Positions 26,512 through 36,988 of a DNA stretch of 64,000 nt are shown here, in pieces. This DNA comes from an uncultured cyanobacterium (GTDB lineage: Bacteria > Cyanobacteriota > Cyanobacteriia > PCC-9006 > JAAUQQ01). The stretch is taken from contig OY970368.1 in the NCBI GenBank assembly GCA_963718615.1, forward strand, positions 800,001 to 864,000. The letters run 5' to 3'. Numbering within the stretch: the first letter of the stretch is position 1; every line of letters starts with the position of its first letter. Below the pieces are notes generated by a model. That model was not told the origin of the DNA. It saw only the letters and a program-made list of their open reading frames with translations, and made no database searches. Made by a program: the position numbers and the translations under genes.

Positions 26512-27165
26512 TTAGGCCAATTGCTCCGCAAAGTCTTCCACGGCATCAACTCCGAGCCCCCGTCGTACAATTAGGGGTTCATCACCGGTCATGTCTAGCA
26601 TGGTTGACCCTTGATGCAGTGGATCTTCGCCGTTGTCAAGGATCAGATCCACTTGATTTTCTAGGGCGTCAAACAGCTCATAGCGAGACAGAGGGCGCGG
26701 TTGCCGTTTGCCCTGGGGTGGGGGCAAAGGGGCAGAAGCCGAGATCACGGGATTGCCCAGGCTCGCCAATAGGGCCTGACAGACGGCATGGTCGGGAACC
26801 CGAATACCGGTGGTTTTGCGTTTAGGATTCAGAACCAGTTTGGGCACCAGTTTGGTGGTGGGAAGAATAAAGGTGTAGGGGCCGGGAATCAGGCGACGCA
26901 TGGTACGGTAGGCAAAATCCTGGACGATCGCATATTCCGCAATATTGGACAGCGACGAACATAAAAACGTCAGCGGTTTGTCGTTCGACATCTGCTTGAT
27001 CTGTCTAACCCGCTGTAGGGCCGCTTTAGAATTGAGGTCACAACCGATCGCATAAACTGTATCCGTGGGGTAGAGCATGACCGCGCCTGAGCGAAGCTGA
27101 TCCACGATTTGGTCGATGGTGCGCTGTTGCGGTGTATCTGGATGAAGCTCGTAGCTCGTAGCCAT
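26512..27165 (-). CDS. SUA5/YciO/YrdC family (L-threonylcarbamoyladenylate synthase-like) protein
   Basis: HPDTPQQR, YPTDTVYAIGC, PGPYTFIL and KRKTTGIRVPDH motifs. Confidence 0.93.
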   Translation of the reverse strand: MATSYELHPDTPQQRTIDQIVDQLRSGAVMLYPTDTVYAIGCDLNSKAALQRVRQIKQMSNDKPLTFLCSSLSNIAEYAIVQDFAYRTMRRLIPGPYTFILPTTKLVPKLVLNPKRKTTGIRVPDHAVCQALLASLGNPVISASAPLPPPQGKRQPRPLSRYELFDALENQVDLILDNGEDPLHQGSTMLDMTGDEPLIVRRGLGVDAVEDFAEQLA

Positions 27166-27336
27166 GGGCCTTCCCCCGAGGATAAAGGGCAATCGATCGA
27201 GTGACCGAGTATGCGGGAATAGCATAACTCAGTTCATCGCCCTTCCAAGCTCCGGTATCAACCGTAGCAGCAGTGGCCCGAGGCAGGACTGATATGATCG
27301 GGCTCCGGACGATTTCGGAGTATCAATCAACAATCC

Positions 27337-28371
27337 GTGGGTCCTTTTCCAAGAAACTGTACGTTTAAGCCATCGGACTGGGAGATTCTGGCCCAGTTTT
27401 GGTATCCCATCGCCTTTAGTCGAGACGTGGGCGATCGCCCCCTAGGCACTCAGTTGCTCGACCAACGTCTAGTCCTCTGGCGCACAGCCCAGGGTCTATC
27501 GGTTGCCAACGATCTTTGTTTGCATCGAGGCGTTCCCTTGAGCATGGGCCATGTGCAGGCAGAACACCTGGTTTGCAAATACCATGGGTTTCACTATGAC
27601 GCTGACGGACGCTGCACCCGTATCCCAGCGGACCCTCAAGCGAAGATTCCAGCCAAACTCTGTCTGAAAACCTATCCGGTTCGAGAAGCGGCGGGGCTGG
27701 TGTGGACAACCCTCGCCGGTCAGGATTCTCTCCAGACTTCCCCCGAGGAACTGCCCCATTTCCCGGAGTGGGACGACCCGGCCTATCAGCAAATTTTGCC
27801 CGATGCGGTTGAGGTAAAGGCGGCGGCGGGACGCCAGCTAGAAGGATTTTTGGATGTGGCCCATTTTGCTTGGGTTCATGACCAGGCCTTTGGCGATCGC
27901 AATCAGCCCGAAGTGCCCCCCTACACCGTCACGCCAACCCCCCGAGGGGTGCGGGCGCAGTATTTCAGTACGGTCAGCAACTTTCCCAAGGCGCTGCAAC
28001 ACCGGGCTCCAGCGGATTTTGTGTGGTTGCGGGACTTTGAGGTGTTTCTCCCCTTTACGGCTCGGCTAACGGTTCATTTCCCGGAAGCCGGACGGCTCTG
28101 CATTCTCAACGCCGCTTCACCGGTTTCCGCCCGCCAAACCCGTGTGTTTTCGCCCCTCTGCCGCAACTTTGACCAGAACTCTCCCCTAGAGCCCGTCTAT
28201 GAATTTAACTATCAGATCTTTAGCGAAGACAAGGAAGTTGTAGAAGCCCAATACCCCGAAGACTTACCCCTGGCCCTGCGGGATGAGGTGCATATCCAAG
28301 CGGACCAAACCTCGATCGCCTATCGCAAGGCCCTGGGGGCGTTGGGGCTAGGGGCCAGCTACACGACTTAG
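27337..28371 (+). CDS. Rieske non-heme iron oxygenase alpha subunit (VanA/demethylase-like)
   Basis: Rieske CLH...CKYH; mononuclear Fe motif EGFLDVAHFAWVH...EDK. Confidence 0.9.
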   Translation: MGPFPRNCTFKPSDWEILAQFWYPIAFSRDVGDRPLGTQLLDQRLVLWRTAQGLSVANDLCLHRGVPLSMGHVQAEHLVCKYHGFHYDADGRCTRIPADPQAKIPAKLCLKTYPVREAAGLVWTTLAGQDSLQTSPEELPHFPEWDDPAYQQILPDAVEVKAAAGRQLEGFLDVAHFAWVHDQAFGDRNQPEVPPYTVTPTPRGVRAQYFSTVSNFPKALQHRAPADFVWLRDFEVFLPFTARLTVHFPEAGRLCILNAASPVSARQTRVFSPLCRNFDQNSPLEPVYEFNYQIFSEDKEVVEAQYPEDLPLALRDEVHIQADQTSIAYRKALGALGLGASYTT

Positions 28372-28414
28372 CCTCGCCCCTTCAGGGCTGGGGAGTAGTC
28401 AACCCTCCATACTC

Positions 28415-30145
28415 TTAATAATGGTTGCCGACCTTGCGGTGATGCACCGCCGTAATGCCATCGGTGTTGGAGACCCGACCGCTATCGACTTTGCTATAAA
28501 CAATCCAGTGGTCGTCCCCTTCCATGCGGGTCACCACTTCGCACTCCATATAGGCCAGGGCCTCGGTCAAGATCGGTGCACCGTTGTCTGCGGGCTGGGT
28601 ATCGATGCCTGCAAAGCGGTCTTGCCCCGGCTTAAAGCGCTTGAGAAAATGGCGCATGAGGTGCTGGTAATTGCCCTCTTCGAGGACATTGAGGACGAAG
28701 CGATCGCCCACATGCATCAAGGATTCGATCGCCCGGTCCTTGGCCACCGCGATTGTAATACCCAGGGGCTCTATACTGGCCTGGGCGACCCAGGAGGCTA
28801 GCATGGCACTGGCAACTTCGCCTTTTTGGGCCGTGATGATATACAGTCCGCCGCTCAGGCGACCGAGGGCTTTGTCCAAATCCCCATCCAAGGACTTCAT
28901 TTTCTGAATGGCTTTGTCTTTGTTGAGCAACTGACCCAGATCTGTCCCGGACTCATCACAGCGTTGATAGGTGGCGTAGGTCGGGGGATCCTGGAGCTGG
29001 ATCGTCGGGAAGCCTTCCTTGAGTCCAGATTCAAGCAGACTGCTGCGGATGGGATAGACCGATTCATCATCGCCACCGCCGGTTTCAAAGAGACCAAAGA
29101 CCTGTTTGCTGTTGACCGAGGCGAGGGCTGTGCTCAGGGCGGTTTGGGTGATGCTGTTGAGCGATCGCGGCGGCATCCCGATCACAATCCCCGCTGCCAG
29201 CTCCGTCAACACCCGCACTTCGGACATATCAGAAACCCGCAGATCCATGGTTTCTACCGCAATTCCAGTTTTGGCAATGCCCTGGGCCAGGGATTTTGCC
29301 AAATGCTCGCTCTCGCCATAGTCGGACACGTAAAACAGCGCCACGGTTTTCTCTGCCTTGGCTTTGTTTTTACTCCATTCTTCGTAGCGTCCCATGAGTT
29401 CTTCCAAGTGATGCTGAATCAGCGGGCCGTGGCCCGTGGCGATCTGCTGGACTGGAGGCAGTTGGCTGACCCGCTTGAGCGCTGACAGGACGGAGCGGGC
29501 GTTGGGCTCCATCAAACAGTTGTAATAGATTTGGTAGTCTTCGCTGATCAGCTCCAGGTCTTCGTCGTAGGTGCAGTCGTCGCAGAAGTGCATGCCAAAG
29601 GCATCGCAGGTGAAGAGAATCTGGGTTTTGTGGTCGTAGGTGAAAATCGTGTCGGGCCAGTGCAGGTTGGGCGCGGAGACAAATTCCAGCTCATGACCGT
29701 TGCCGAGGTCGAGCTTTTCGCCGCTTTTGACCACTTGCTTGGTGTAGGGCCGATGGACGAGGTCATCCAAAAACTGTAGCGCCACCTTGGCTCCCACGAC
29801 GGTGATCTGGGGATTGAGTTCGAGCAGGTCAGCAACGAGGCCGCTATGGTCTGGTTCGGTGTGGCTAATGATCAGATAGTCGATTTGGGCAATGTCAATT
29901 TCGTTGCGTAGGGCCTTGAGATAGATGTCGCGAAACTTGGCGTGGGAGGAATCGACGAGGGCGGTTTTTTCGCCACGAATCAGGAAAGAGTTATAGGTGG
30001 TGCCGTTTTTGAGGCCAAATTCGATGTCAAAGCGATCGCGATCCCAGTCGAGCGATCGCAACACCGTCGTATCCTCGGCAATGGCCACGATGTCCATGGT
30101 CAGCCGAGTGGCTGTTTTGGGGGTTCGTTCTTGAGCGACTACCAT
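28415..30145 (-). CDS. flv3: Flavodiiron protein (diflavin flavoprotein), Flv3 type
   Basis: LDWDRDRFDIEFGL, canonical SHTEPDHSG iron ligands, flavodoxin and flavin-reductase domains, end HHRKVGNHY. Flv4 cannot be strictly excluded. Confidence 0.85.
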   Translation of the reverse strand: MVVAQERTPKTATRLTMDIVAIAEDTTVLRSLDWDRDRFDIEFGLKNGTTYNSFLIRGEKTALVDSSHAKFRDIYLKALRNEIDIAQIDYLIISHTEPDHSGLVADLLELNPQITVVGAKVALQFLDDLVHRPYTKQVVKSGEKLDLGNGHELEFVSAPNLHWPDTIFTYDHKTQILFTCDAFGMHFCDDCTYDEDLELISEDYQIYYNCLMEPNARSVLSALKRVSQLPPVQQIATGHGPLIQHHLEELMGRYEEWSKNKAKAEKTVALFYVSDYGESEHLAKSLAQGIAKTGIAVETMDLRVSDMSEVRVLTELAAGIVIGMPPRSLNSITQTALSTALASVNSKQVFGLFETGGGDDESVYPIRSSLLESGLKEGFPTIQLQDPPTYATYQRCDESGTDLGQLLNKDKAIQKMKSLDGDLDKALGRLSGGLYIITAQKGEVASAMLASWVAQASIEPLGITIAVAKDRAIESLMHVGDRFVLNVLEEGNYQHLMRHFLKRFKPGQDRFAGIDTQPADNGAPILTEALAYMECEVVTRMEGDDHWIVYSKVDSGRVSNTDGITAVHHRKVGNHY

Positions 30146-30328
30146 CTCAGTTCCTCCGAATCGTCATCCCAATGGGTAAATCGACTTACTCGTTACGTTT
30201 CTTTATCTTGACTCATCTTGGGCGAATTGGTCAGCTGGGGGCTTTGAAAGTCTGGATAGGGATCATTAGAAAAAGCCATCCGATAGGATAGGAGGATAGC
30301 CTCGCAGGTGAGTGGATTGGGTAAAACG

Positions 30329-30889
30329 ATGGTTCAAACCCCTATCAAGCCGCTAACGTTGGCGGAGTTTCTGATACTGCCGGAAACGAAACCGGCGAGT
30401 GAATACATTGATGGCCAGATGATTCAAAAGCCCATGCCCAAGGGAAAACACAGCGTTATTCAAACCGAACTGGCTCCAGCGGCCAATGCGGCGCTAAAAC
30501 CGGCTCAAATTGCTCGGGCGTTTACGGAGTTGCGCTGTACGTTTGGGGGGCGATCGACGGTTCCGGATATTTCGGTGTTTGTTTGGTCTCGGATTGCACG
30601 GGATGAGAATGGCGAGGTGGCGAATGCCTTTGAGATTGCACCGGATTGGACGATTGAGATTTTGTCACCGGAGCAGAGTCAGACGAAGGTGACGAAGAAT
30701 ATTTTGCACTGTCTCAAGCATGGCGCGCGGATGGGTTGGTTGATTGATCCGCAGGAGAAGTCGGTATTAGTCTTTGAGCCGAAGCAGTCGCCGGAAATTT
30801 TTGATGAAGCGAGCCAGATGTTGCCGGTACCGGAGTTTGCGGCGGCGTTTCGGCTGACGGTGGGGGAGCTGTTTGATTGGCTACATTAG
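30329..30889 (+). CDS. Uma2 family endonuclease
   Basis: LPETKPASEYIDG, ELRCTFGGRSTVPDI, APDWTIEILSP and GWLIDP motifs. Confidence 0.95.
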   Translation: MVQTPIKPLTLAEFLILPETKPASEYIDGQMIQKPMPKGKHSVIQTELAPAANAALKPAQIARAFTELRCTFGGRSTVPDISVFVWSRIARDENGEVANAFEIAPDWTIEILSPEQSQTKVTKNILHCLKHGARMGWLIDPQEKSVLVFEPKQSPEIFDEASQMLPVPEFAAAFRLTVGELFDWLH

Positions 30890-30904
30890 CTCATGGGACA
30901 GCTC

Positions 30905-30940
30905 AAAAAGAAGCCTCCACTGAACGCAATGTGGAGGCTG
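30905..30940 (-). terminator. Intrinsic terminator between convergent genes
   Basis: AAAAAG followed by AGCCTCCAC-loop-GTGGAGGCT. Confidence 0.65.
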
Positions 30941-31009
30941 GGAAGATTACAAGTTGAATAACAGAACTCTTAGATCAAAAGACAAACTTCGCACTCTCTA
31001 AGGCTGTTA

Positions 31010-31519
31010 CTAGAGGCGACTCTGTGGTTTGACAGGACAGGTTCCTTTGTCTTGCATAAAGTCAGTAAAAGGAACTGATTCCTGTATATCGAGCCACTGG
31101 CCATATTTTGCAACAGACTTCGCATTAAAGTCAGCAGCGCTCTTGTAGCTATATCTACAGAAAGAGCCTTGACCGTCAGAATAGTAAACGCCAGCGTATT
31201 GGTATTTAAAGTTTCCTCCAGGGATGCTACCGTAGCACTTACCCTCAAGTTCCATTGAGTCAGGTATGCTGTTGAAGTTAAGAACTTGTGTTTTTGCGCC
31301 TCTTGTAGCAAATTTAAAGTGTGTAGGACTCGTGTATTGACAGTAAGTTGTGTCTGATGTTACACGGTATAGGTTTGCGCCATGAAAGCTAAAGTTGACT
31401 CCGACAGGAATCTTTTGTGCAGAGGCAGGAGTGGCCATCCCTCCCATTACTGTCGCAAACAGAAATGCAGATGCAGTAACACGGCTACCTAGTTTCATTG
31501 ACTTGATTGCTTGTAACAT
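31010..31519 (-). CDS. Secreted hypothetical protein with two Cys-pair repeats
   Basis: Signal peptide ending PASAQ; internal duplication (YRVTSDTTYCQYTS...C and YYSDGQGSFCRYSY...C). Confidence 0.7.
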   Translation of the reverse strand: MLQAIKSMKLGSRVTASAFLFATVMGGMATPASAQKIPVGVNFSFHGANLYRVTSDTTYCQYTSPTHFKFATRGAKTQVLNFNSIPDSMELEGKCYGSIPGGNFKYQYAGVYYSDGQGSFCRYSYKSAADFNAKSVAKYGQWLDIQESVPFTDFMQDKGTCPVKPQSRL

Positions 31520-31986
31520 TATTTTTCTTCCTGACTATTTTTCTTAGATGAACGACTTTGCAGATGTTGAGTTAACATTCACGAGGTTTAACACTCATGA
31601 AAAGTTATACATAACTGTTCTAAATCATTCCCGAAACTGTCTCAAAATCTATCGCCAAAAACTCTGTTTTGTCCACAATAGAGCTCTTGTCGGCAATAGA
31701 GAATTAATAAATTAGTGCAAGCGTACATATACTGATTATCGTATGCTTAGCACTTAAAATCTTGAAGTTTCCACGCACTTTCATCTGAGATGGAAATTGC
31801 AAGGAACAGTTTCTCCGTGTCCTAGAGGTTAAAAAGCGCATCAGGTTTTTAGGTATATAAATCACAGAGAATAGCTCATCTGGTGATTATAAATCGCTGA
31901 AACTCTACTGGCTTGAATAACCTCTAGAAGGGACGTTAGGCTATATTAGAGCCCTGGTATTTGTGGGGGAGAAGTGGGTAGACTCC

Positions 31987-34383
31987 CTAGATGAAGACAA
32001 TATCCGCAGCCGTGGAGAATGAGAGGTTAGCTTGCAAGGTTGCAAACTGAGATTGCCCGAAGGAGAGCGCTCCTGTGGACTGGTTATAGGAGAATTGATT
32101 GGTTGAGGTTGCACCAAATCCAGCTTTGTAAATCTCGATTTTGTCTCCTTCCCAGCGGTTGAAGTCATAGATAGTATCAATGCCTTCTGAGAGAGAACTG
32201 AAGAAGAAGGTGTCAGCACCACCACCGCCCCAAATATGGTCATTACCTCTTACACCATTGAGATGGTTATTGGAATTGTTGCCTATTAATGTGTCGTTGC
32301 CAAGGCTACCGACAAGGTTTTCGATGGAGATGAGAGATTCAACATACCAGCCATATACGTAAGCTTTGCCAGTAGTAAGATCGGCGTAAACGCCGGAGGC
32401 ATCGTGGGTGTATTGGGCTGTATCATTGCCAGCACCGCCATCGATAATGGGGTCTACCCCATAGCCACCTTGGAGGAGGTCGTCACCGTCGCCGCCATAG
32501 AGAGAATCTGAGCCAGCACCACCATAAAGCCTGTCGTTGCCATAGCCACCAGAGAGAATATCAATGTTGTCGTTGCCCTCCAAAATATCGTTTCCGACAT
32601 TTCCTTCTAGAAAATCGTTACCATCGCCACCGATCAGTAAATCATTATCCCAACCGCCATCGAGGAAGTCGTTGTTGTCACCCCCGAAGAGCTTGTCATG
32701 GCCGTAACCGCCATAGAGTTTGTCGTCGCCACTGTCGCCGTAAAGGACATCAGATTGATTATTACCGTGGAGTTCGTCGTTGCCGCTACCGCCATGGAGG
32801 GTATCCTCGCCATCACCCCCATAGAGGGTGTCATTATCGTTGTTGCCCTCCAAAGTATCGTTGCCGACATTGCCGACTAAAGTATCGTTACCATCGCCAC
32901 CGATAAGTAAATCATTATCCCAACCGCCATCGAGGAAGTCGTTGTTGTCACCCCCGAAGAGCTTGTCATGGCCGTAACCGCCATAGAGTTTGTCGTCGCC
33001 ACTGTCGCCGTAAAGGACATCAGATTGATTATTACCGTGGAGTTCGTCGTTGCCGCTACCGCCATGGAGGGTATCCTCGCCATCACCCCCATAGAGGGTG
33101 TCATTATCGTTGTTGCCCTCCAAAGTATCGTTGCCGACATTGCCGACTAAAGTATCGTTACCATCGCCACCGATAAGTAAATCATTATCCCAACCGCCAT
33201 CGAGGAAGTCGTTGTTGTCACCCCCGAAGAGCTTGTCATGGCCGTAACCGCCATAGAGTTTGTCGTCGCCACTGTCGCCGTAAAGGACATCAGATTGATT
33301 ATTACCGTGGAGTATGTCGTTGTTGCTACCGCCATAGAGGGTGTCCTCGCCATCACCCCCATAAAGGGTGTCCTCGCCGTAACTACCGTAGAGATGGTTG
33401 TCAGCAGAATTGCCATGAATGGTATCGTCACCAAAGCCTCCTTTGGCATTTTCGATGGTGACTCCGTAGGCAATTGCCAAATTATCCTTAGCCTCTCTCC
33501 ATCCGTTGTAAGAACCAATCGAACTAAAATTTCCAGCCCTTAAATCAATAACTGAGTTACGCCGCTGCTGCGAGGCATCAATTGTGTCGATACCACCGCC
33601 ATCCCAAATTGTTTCTAAGAAGGTTTCGTCCGTTTTGTAAGAGTAAACATTATTGCCAGCGTTATGCTTCCAATTTGCGCCATAGACTGCTTGAATAGCA
33701 GCAATATCATACAACATTAATGTTCGAGGTTGCACATCCAACATGTCTGGGTGACTGTTGTATGACATAATTGTATACTTGTTGCTATCTTGTTCCTGGG
33801 ATAAAGTTTTCCCATTTATTCCCCTATTCCACTTCACGCTCTTGTCATCATATTTTTCGTCTTCATTTCTTCCGATTGTGGTGTCATTAAATCCACCCAC
33901 CGCATGACCCAATTCGTGCAGTAGAGTACTGTACTCCCAACTTCCTTTCTCGAATTTCATGTCCTTTGGGTTTTCCCCTGATACGCCTCCTTGATCAATG
34001 AACAGAGATACTCCGGATGTAGAAGGCTTATGGGTTATGCCAAGCGTAAACGAGTCAGGATTTCCATCATTGTTTTTGTCTGTTGTAGGTAAATTAACAA
34101 ATCCTAGCTTTAGACTGCCACTACCATTTGTTTCTTCCACGAATGTAATGTTAGCGACATCTGAATAATGCTGTAGAGCTTGTCTCATGGCAGTTTTTTG
34201 CGCATCAGAAAATTGACGAAAGTCAGGGTATGCTTCCCAGTTATATGGCATCTTAAGAGACGTCATAAAGCTATAAGTGAGCGTTACCTTGTCCCCCATG
34301 CTGCCTAAATATCCAACCTGACCTCCATCATTCCAGTGACGCCCATCCTGATGTAATAAAGCTTGAATATAACTAACAACCAT
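31987..34383 (-). CDS. Serralysin-like M10 metalloprotease with RTX Ca-binding repeats
   Basis: VANITFVE, HELGHAVG, Met-turn YTIMSY, YDIAAIQAVYG, TIWDGGGIDTID, IENAKGG and many GGxGxD repeats. Confidence 0.92.
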   Translation of the reverse strand: MVVSYIQALLHQDGRHWNDGGQVGYLGSMGDKVTLTYSFMTSLKMPYNWEAYPDFRQFSDAQKTAMRQALQHYSDVANITFVEETNGSGSLKLGFVNLPTTDKNNDGNPDSFTLGITHKPSTSGVSLFIDQGGVSGENPKDMKFEKGSWEYSTLLHELGHAVGGFNDTTIGRNEDEKYDDKSVKWNRGINGKTLSQEQDSNKYTIMSYNSHPDMLDVQPRTLMLYDIAAIQAVYGANWKHNAGNNVYSYKTDETFLETIWDGGGIDTIDASQQRRNSVIDLRAGNFSSIGSYNGWREAKDNLAIAYGVTIENAKGGFGDDTIHGNSADNHLYGSYGEDTLYGGDGEDTLYGGSNNDILHGNNQSDVLYGDSGDDKLYGGYGHDKLFGGDNNDFLDGGWDNDLLIGGDGNDTLVGNVGNDTLEGNNDNDTLYGGDGEDTLHGGSGNDELHGNNQSDVLYGDSGDDKLYGGYGHDKLFGGDNNDFLDGGWDNDLLIGGDGNDTLVGNVGNDTLEGNNDNDTLYGGDGEDTLHGGSGNDELHGNNQSDVLYGDSGDDKLYGGYGHDKLFGGDNNDFLDGGWDNDLLIGGDGNDFLEGNVGNDILEGNDNIDILSGGYGNDRLYGGAGSDSLYGGDGDDLLQGGYGVDPIIDGGAGNDTAQYTHDASGVYADLTTGKAYVYGWYVESLISIENLVGSLGNDTLIGNNSNNHLNGVRGNDHIWGGGGADTFFFSSLSEGIDTIYDFNRWEGDKIEIYKAGFGATSTNQFSYNQSTGALSFGQSQFATLQANLSFSTAADIVFI
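32614..33370. repeat. 270-bp tandem repeat (about 2.8 copies) within the RTX region
   Basis: ATCATTATCCCAACCGCCAT recurs at 32641, 32911 and 33181; copies look identical over about 32637-33313. Confidence 0.95.
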
Positions 34384-35504
34384 TGCTTTTTCCTAACTCA
34401 AAAACTAAATGGTGAACACAAAAGTGATGTCATACCGAACCAACTCCGCATGAAAAATCTCATGCTTGCATCGGTCAATCTCACTTCCTCACCTAAAGTA
34501 GCTGCTTAAAAATACGTACAAAAAGCTTTTTGTAAAAAAAAAACTCACTTCACGCAGCGATATTTTTAAAATAAATTGTCCGAAAACTAGACTTAAATTT
34601 CTGTATTTTTATCTCTTGACTTTTATCTTCAAACATTAAATTAAATAGCCCGCACATCTAGTCATCAAACAGTCCCAGAAATAGTTTTTCAACCCAGAAG
34701 AAGATCGCATGTTTTATAGCTGAATCCACCCGTCATAGACTTGGTCGCATTGTGATGATTGCAGATAGCCTCAACATCAGAATATCCAGCCATCACACGA
34801 AATCCCATAGATCGAGACCCCAGAAAAAACCATGCTAAAGCAACCCCATCTCTCAAAATTTCGGAAAAACTCAAAGCAAAAACAATTACTTGACCTATTG
34901 ATGAAAAATCATCCCTCTCATTGCGGCTCAAGAGATTTAAGATTAAATTCTGAAAGGCCAACATTAACAACAAAATTTTCTCAATGCTAGCAGCCACACA
35001 CTCTAGCACCCCACCATCCTATTGATATTGCTAGCCAAAACACCATGAAAAACCATATCCCCATCGCCCTCAGCCTCAACATCGCCACCGCCCCAGGCAC
35101 CACCCAAACCATCAACACCAAACTCAAAAACTGCATCACAGAACAGAACCCTACGCACTTATGGCCGAGCGATTGCCTTGAACGGCTACGATGATGGTTA
35201 TAGCTTTGGTCGCAAACCCACCAACCTCACCGACCAACAAATGGAAGAAGCCGGACTGCGCTGGTATTGGGGCTATCAATTCTGGGTTGGCTCCCAGCCC
35301 GAAGTCAAAATAATTGAGAACGCTCAATTGTGACCATCACGCCATCCAATCCTTACATAGATCGGTTTAGCCCAAAATTCTCGATGATTCCCAAAAAACC
35401 TTCGCAAAAAACCGAAACCGCGATCGCCCGCAGTCAGGGAAGGTTTTAATGTCGATCGCCACCTCCCACCCCAAAAAAACGAACTCCGCACCCTCCTCCA
35501 AATC

Positions 35505-35593
35505 GTTGAGCTGCTGGGCGATCGCGCCAAAAACGATGGGGATGAGACATTGCGGGATTGGGCCAAGAAGAAGTTGGAGGGAATGGAGAGTAG
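35505..35593 (+). pseudogene. HEAT-repeat gene 3' tail, copy 1
   Basis: VELLGDRAKNDGDETLRDWAKKKLEGME; shares a perfect 39-mer (35535-35573) with 36433-36471. Confidence 0.75.
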
Positions 35594-35618
35594 GAAGTAG
35601 GGAATACGAACTCTACTC

Positions 35619-35744
35619 CTAGGGTTTTAGGGTCCAATCCTCTAAGGTATTGTTTTTACCCACTTGCTCAAGTCGTGCCCTAACATAGGGGTGACCCCGC
35701 TGAATCAATGTGACATGATCCGTATCCAAAATGTATCGCGTCAC
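35619..35744 (-). pseudogene. PIN/VapC toxin with in-frame internal deletion (41 aa left)
   Basis: VTRYILDTDHVTLIQRGHP (N-terminus) joined to LEDWT (C-terminus). Start overlaps the antitoxin stop. Confidence 0.8.
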
Positions 35745-36103
35745 GCCGACTGCCGCTCCTCAAGCTCGGCATCATGTTGAGCAATTCTCAGATCCGTCCC
35801 CTGTCTATTTCGAGCGATCGCCTCCAAAAACTCATCAAACATTGGATCATCCTTAAAAATCCCTGCAAATTTCACTAAGGGATTAGCCTCAACCTTAGCT
35901 GATGATAGATTCTGAGATTGCGACCCAGCTTTTAGATAATCCTCAATCACCTCCGCCTCTTCTTGCTGCTCAAGCTGCTCCATCAGTGCTTGTAACAGTT
36001 GCAGTAAAACCAACCAAACCTCCCATGACAAGAGCACATCAGTCCTGTGGCCCTCCGCATCGGTCAAGAACCTTGCGCCCAAAAGTACCTCAGATACGAC
36101 CAT
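35741..36103 (-). CDS. Putative antitoxin
   Basis: NPLVKFAGIFKDDPMFDEFLEAI motif; overlaps the PIN start. Confidence 0.7.
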   Translation of the reverse strand: MVVSEVLLGARFLTDAEGHRTDVLLSWEVWLVLLQLLQALMEQLEQQEEAEVIEDYLKAGSQSQNLSSAKVEANPLVKFAGIFKDDPMFDEFLEAIARNRQGTDLRIAQHDAELEERQSA

Positions 36104-36240
36104 AGGTCCTCCCCTCAGTTAGTCCAAAGGCAAATACAAAAAACGCCCCATTTAGTTATCGTACTCCACTCATCCAGCAGCGGCAATTGATTGATTCTGT
36201 GGTGATACGGCAGGTAATTGCCACCCCACTACCAAGAGAG

Positions 36241-36492
36241 GAGGCGATCGCCGAAGGCTGGAAGAAAGACCCCGACATCATTCAGTTGCTATTGCAAATT
36301 GCAGTCCAAGATCCCTTTAATCGGGAAAAAGAACAGCAGGATAACCCCCGCCAAATCTCCCTCCAAGCCCTGCTCAGCCAAGCCCCCACCGATCCACGAG
36401 TGATTGAGCTGCTGCGCGATCGGGCTGAGAATGATGGGGATGAGACATTGCGGGATTGGGCCAAGAAGAAGCTGAAAGCGAAGGGAGAATAG
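36241..36492 (+). pseudogene. HEAT-repeat gene 3' tail, copy 2
   Basis: EAIAEGWKKDPD...DPFNREKEQQDNPRQISLQALL...LLRDRAENDGDETLRDWAKKKL*, like the C-terminus of cyanobacterial NACHT/HEAT proteins. Confidence 0.8.
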
Positions 36493-36574
36493 GGTGGCTA
36501 CGATACCCCATCTACCCCAACAGCCCCCGAGTCTCAAGCTAAACTAGATACATCACCAAACCCCACCCTCAACC

Positions 36575-36892
36575 ATGATCATTAACACCAAAGAACGCCT
36601 TCTCCAGGCGATCGAAACCACCCCCGAACCCATCCTGGCCCTCATCCTAGCCATCCTAGAATTCCTACGCAAACCCACAAACCTCCCCCACATAGAAACC
36701 CTAACCACCCTCATCGCCCCTCCTCCAAACAGTCCAACCGAGATTGGTGCAGAGCCCATCCTCCGAAACTCAAAAGCAAAAGACCTCCTCAAAGCAGCCA
36801 GCACTTGGCAAGGCGACGACTTTGAAGAATGCCTAGACCTGGTATATCAAACACGCTCCCGAAATTATGGGATTGGGCTGAAAAAAGACTGA
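36575..36892 (+). CDS. Putative antitoxin (DUF2281-like); 3' end fused to another HEAT tail, no toxin follows
   Basis: KERLLQAIETTPEPIL...LEFL...TWQGDDFEECLDLVYQTRS. Downstream in another frame: LWDWAEKRLNELEE*. Confidence 0.65.
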   Translation: MIINTKERLLQAIETTPEPILALILAILEFLRKPTNLPHIETLTTLIAPPPNSPTEIGAEPILRNSKAKDLLKAASTWQGDDFEECLDLVYQTRSRNYGIGLKKD

Positions 36893-36988
36893 ATGAATTA
36901 GAGGAATAGAGGACAATAATCGATCAGCAAGAAGAGAGCGTTTGTCTCTGCGATCGACTTCACCAAGCGATCCACAACTGAACTCTAT

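Noticed and set aside
32634-33543. Repeated Met/Thr-rich and Val-rich ORFs
   Set aside because: Alternative frames of the RTX repeats.
34689-35330. ORF 34689-35009 and short fragments at 35045-35330
   Set aside because: No recognisable family; probably decayed gene debris.
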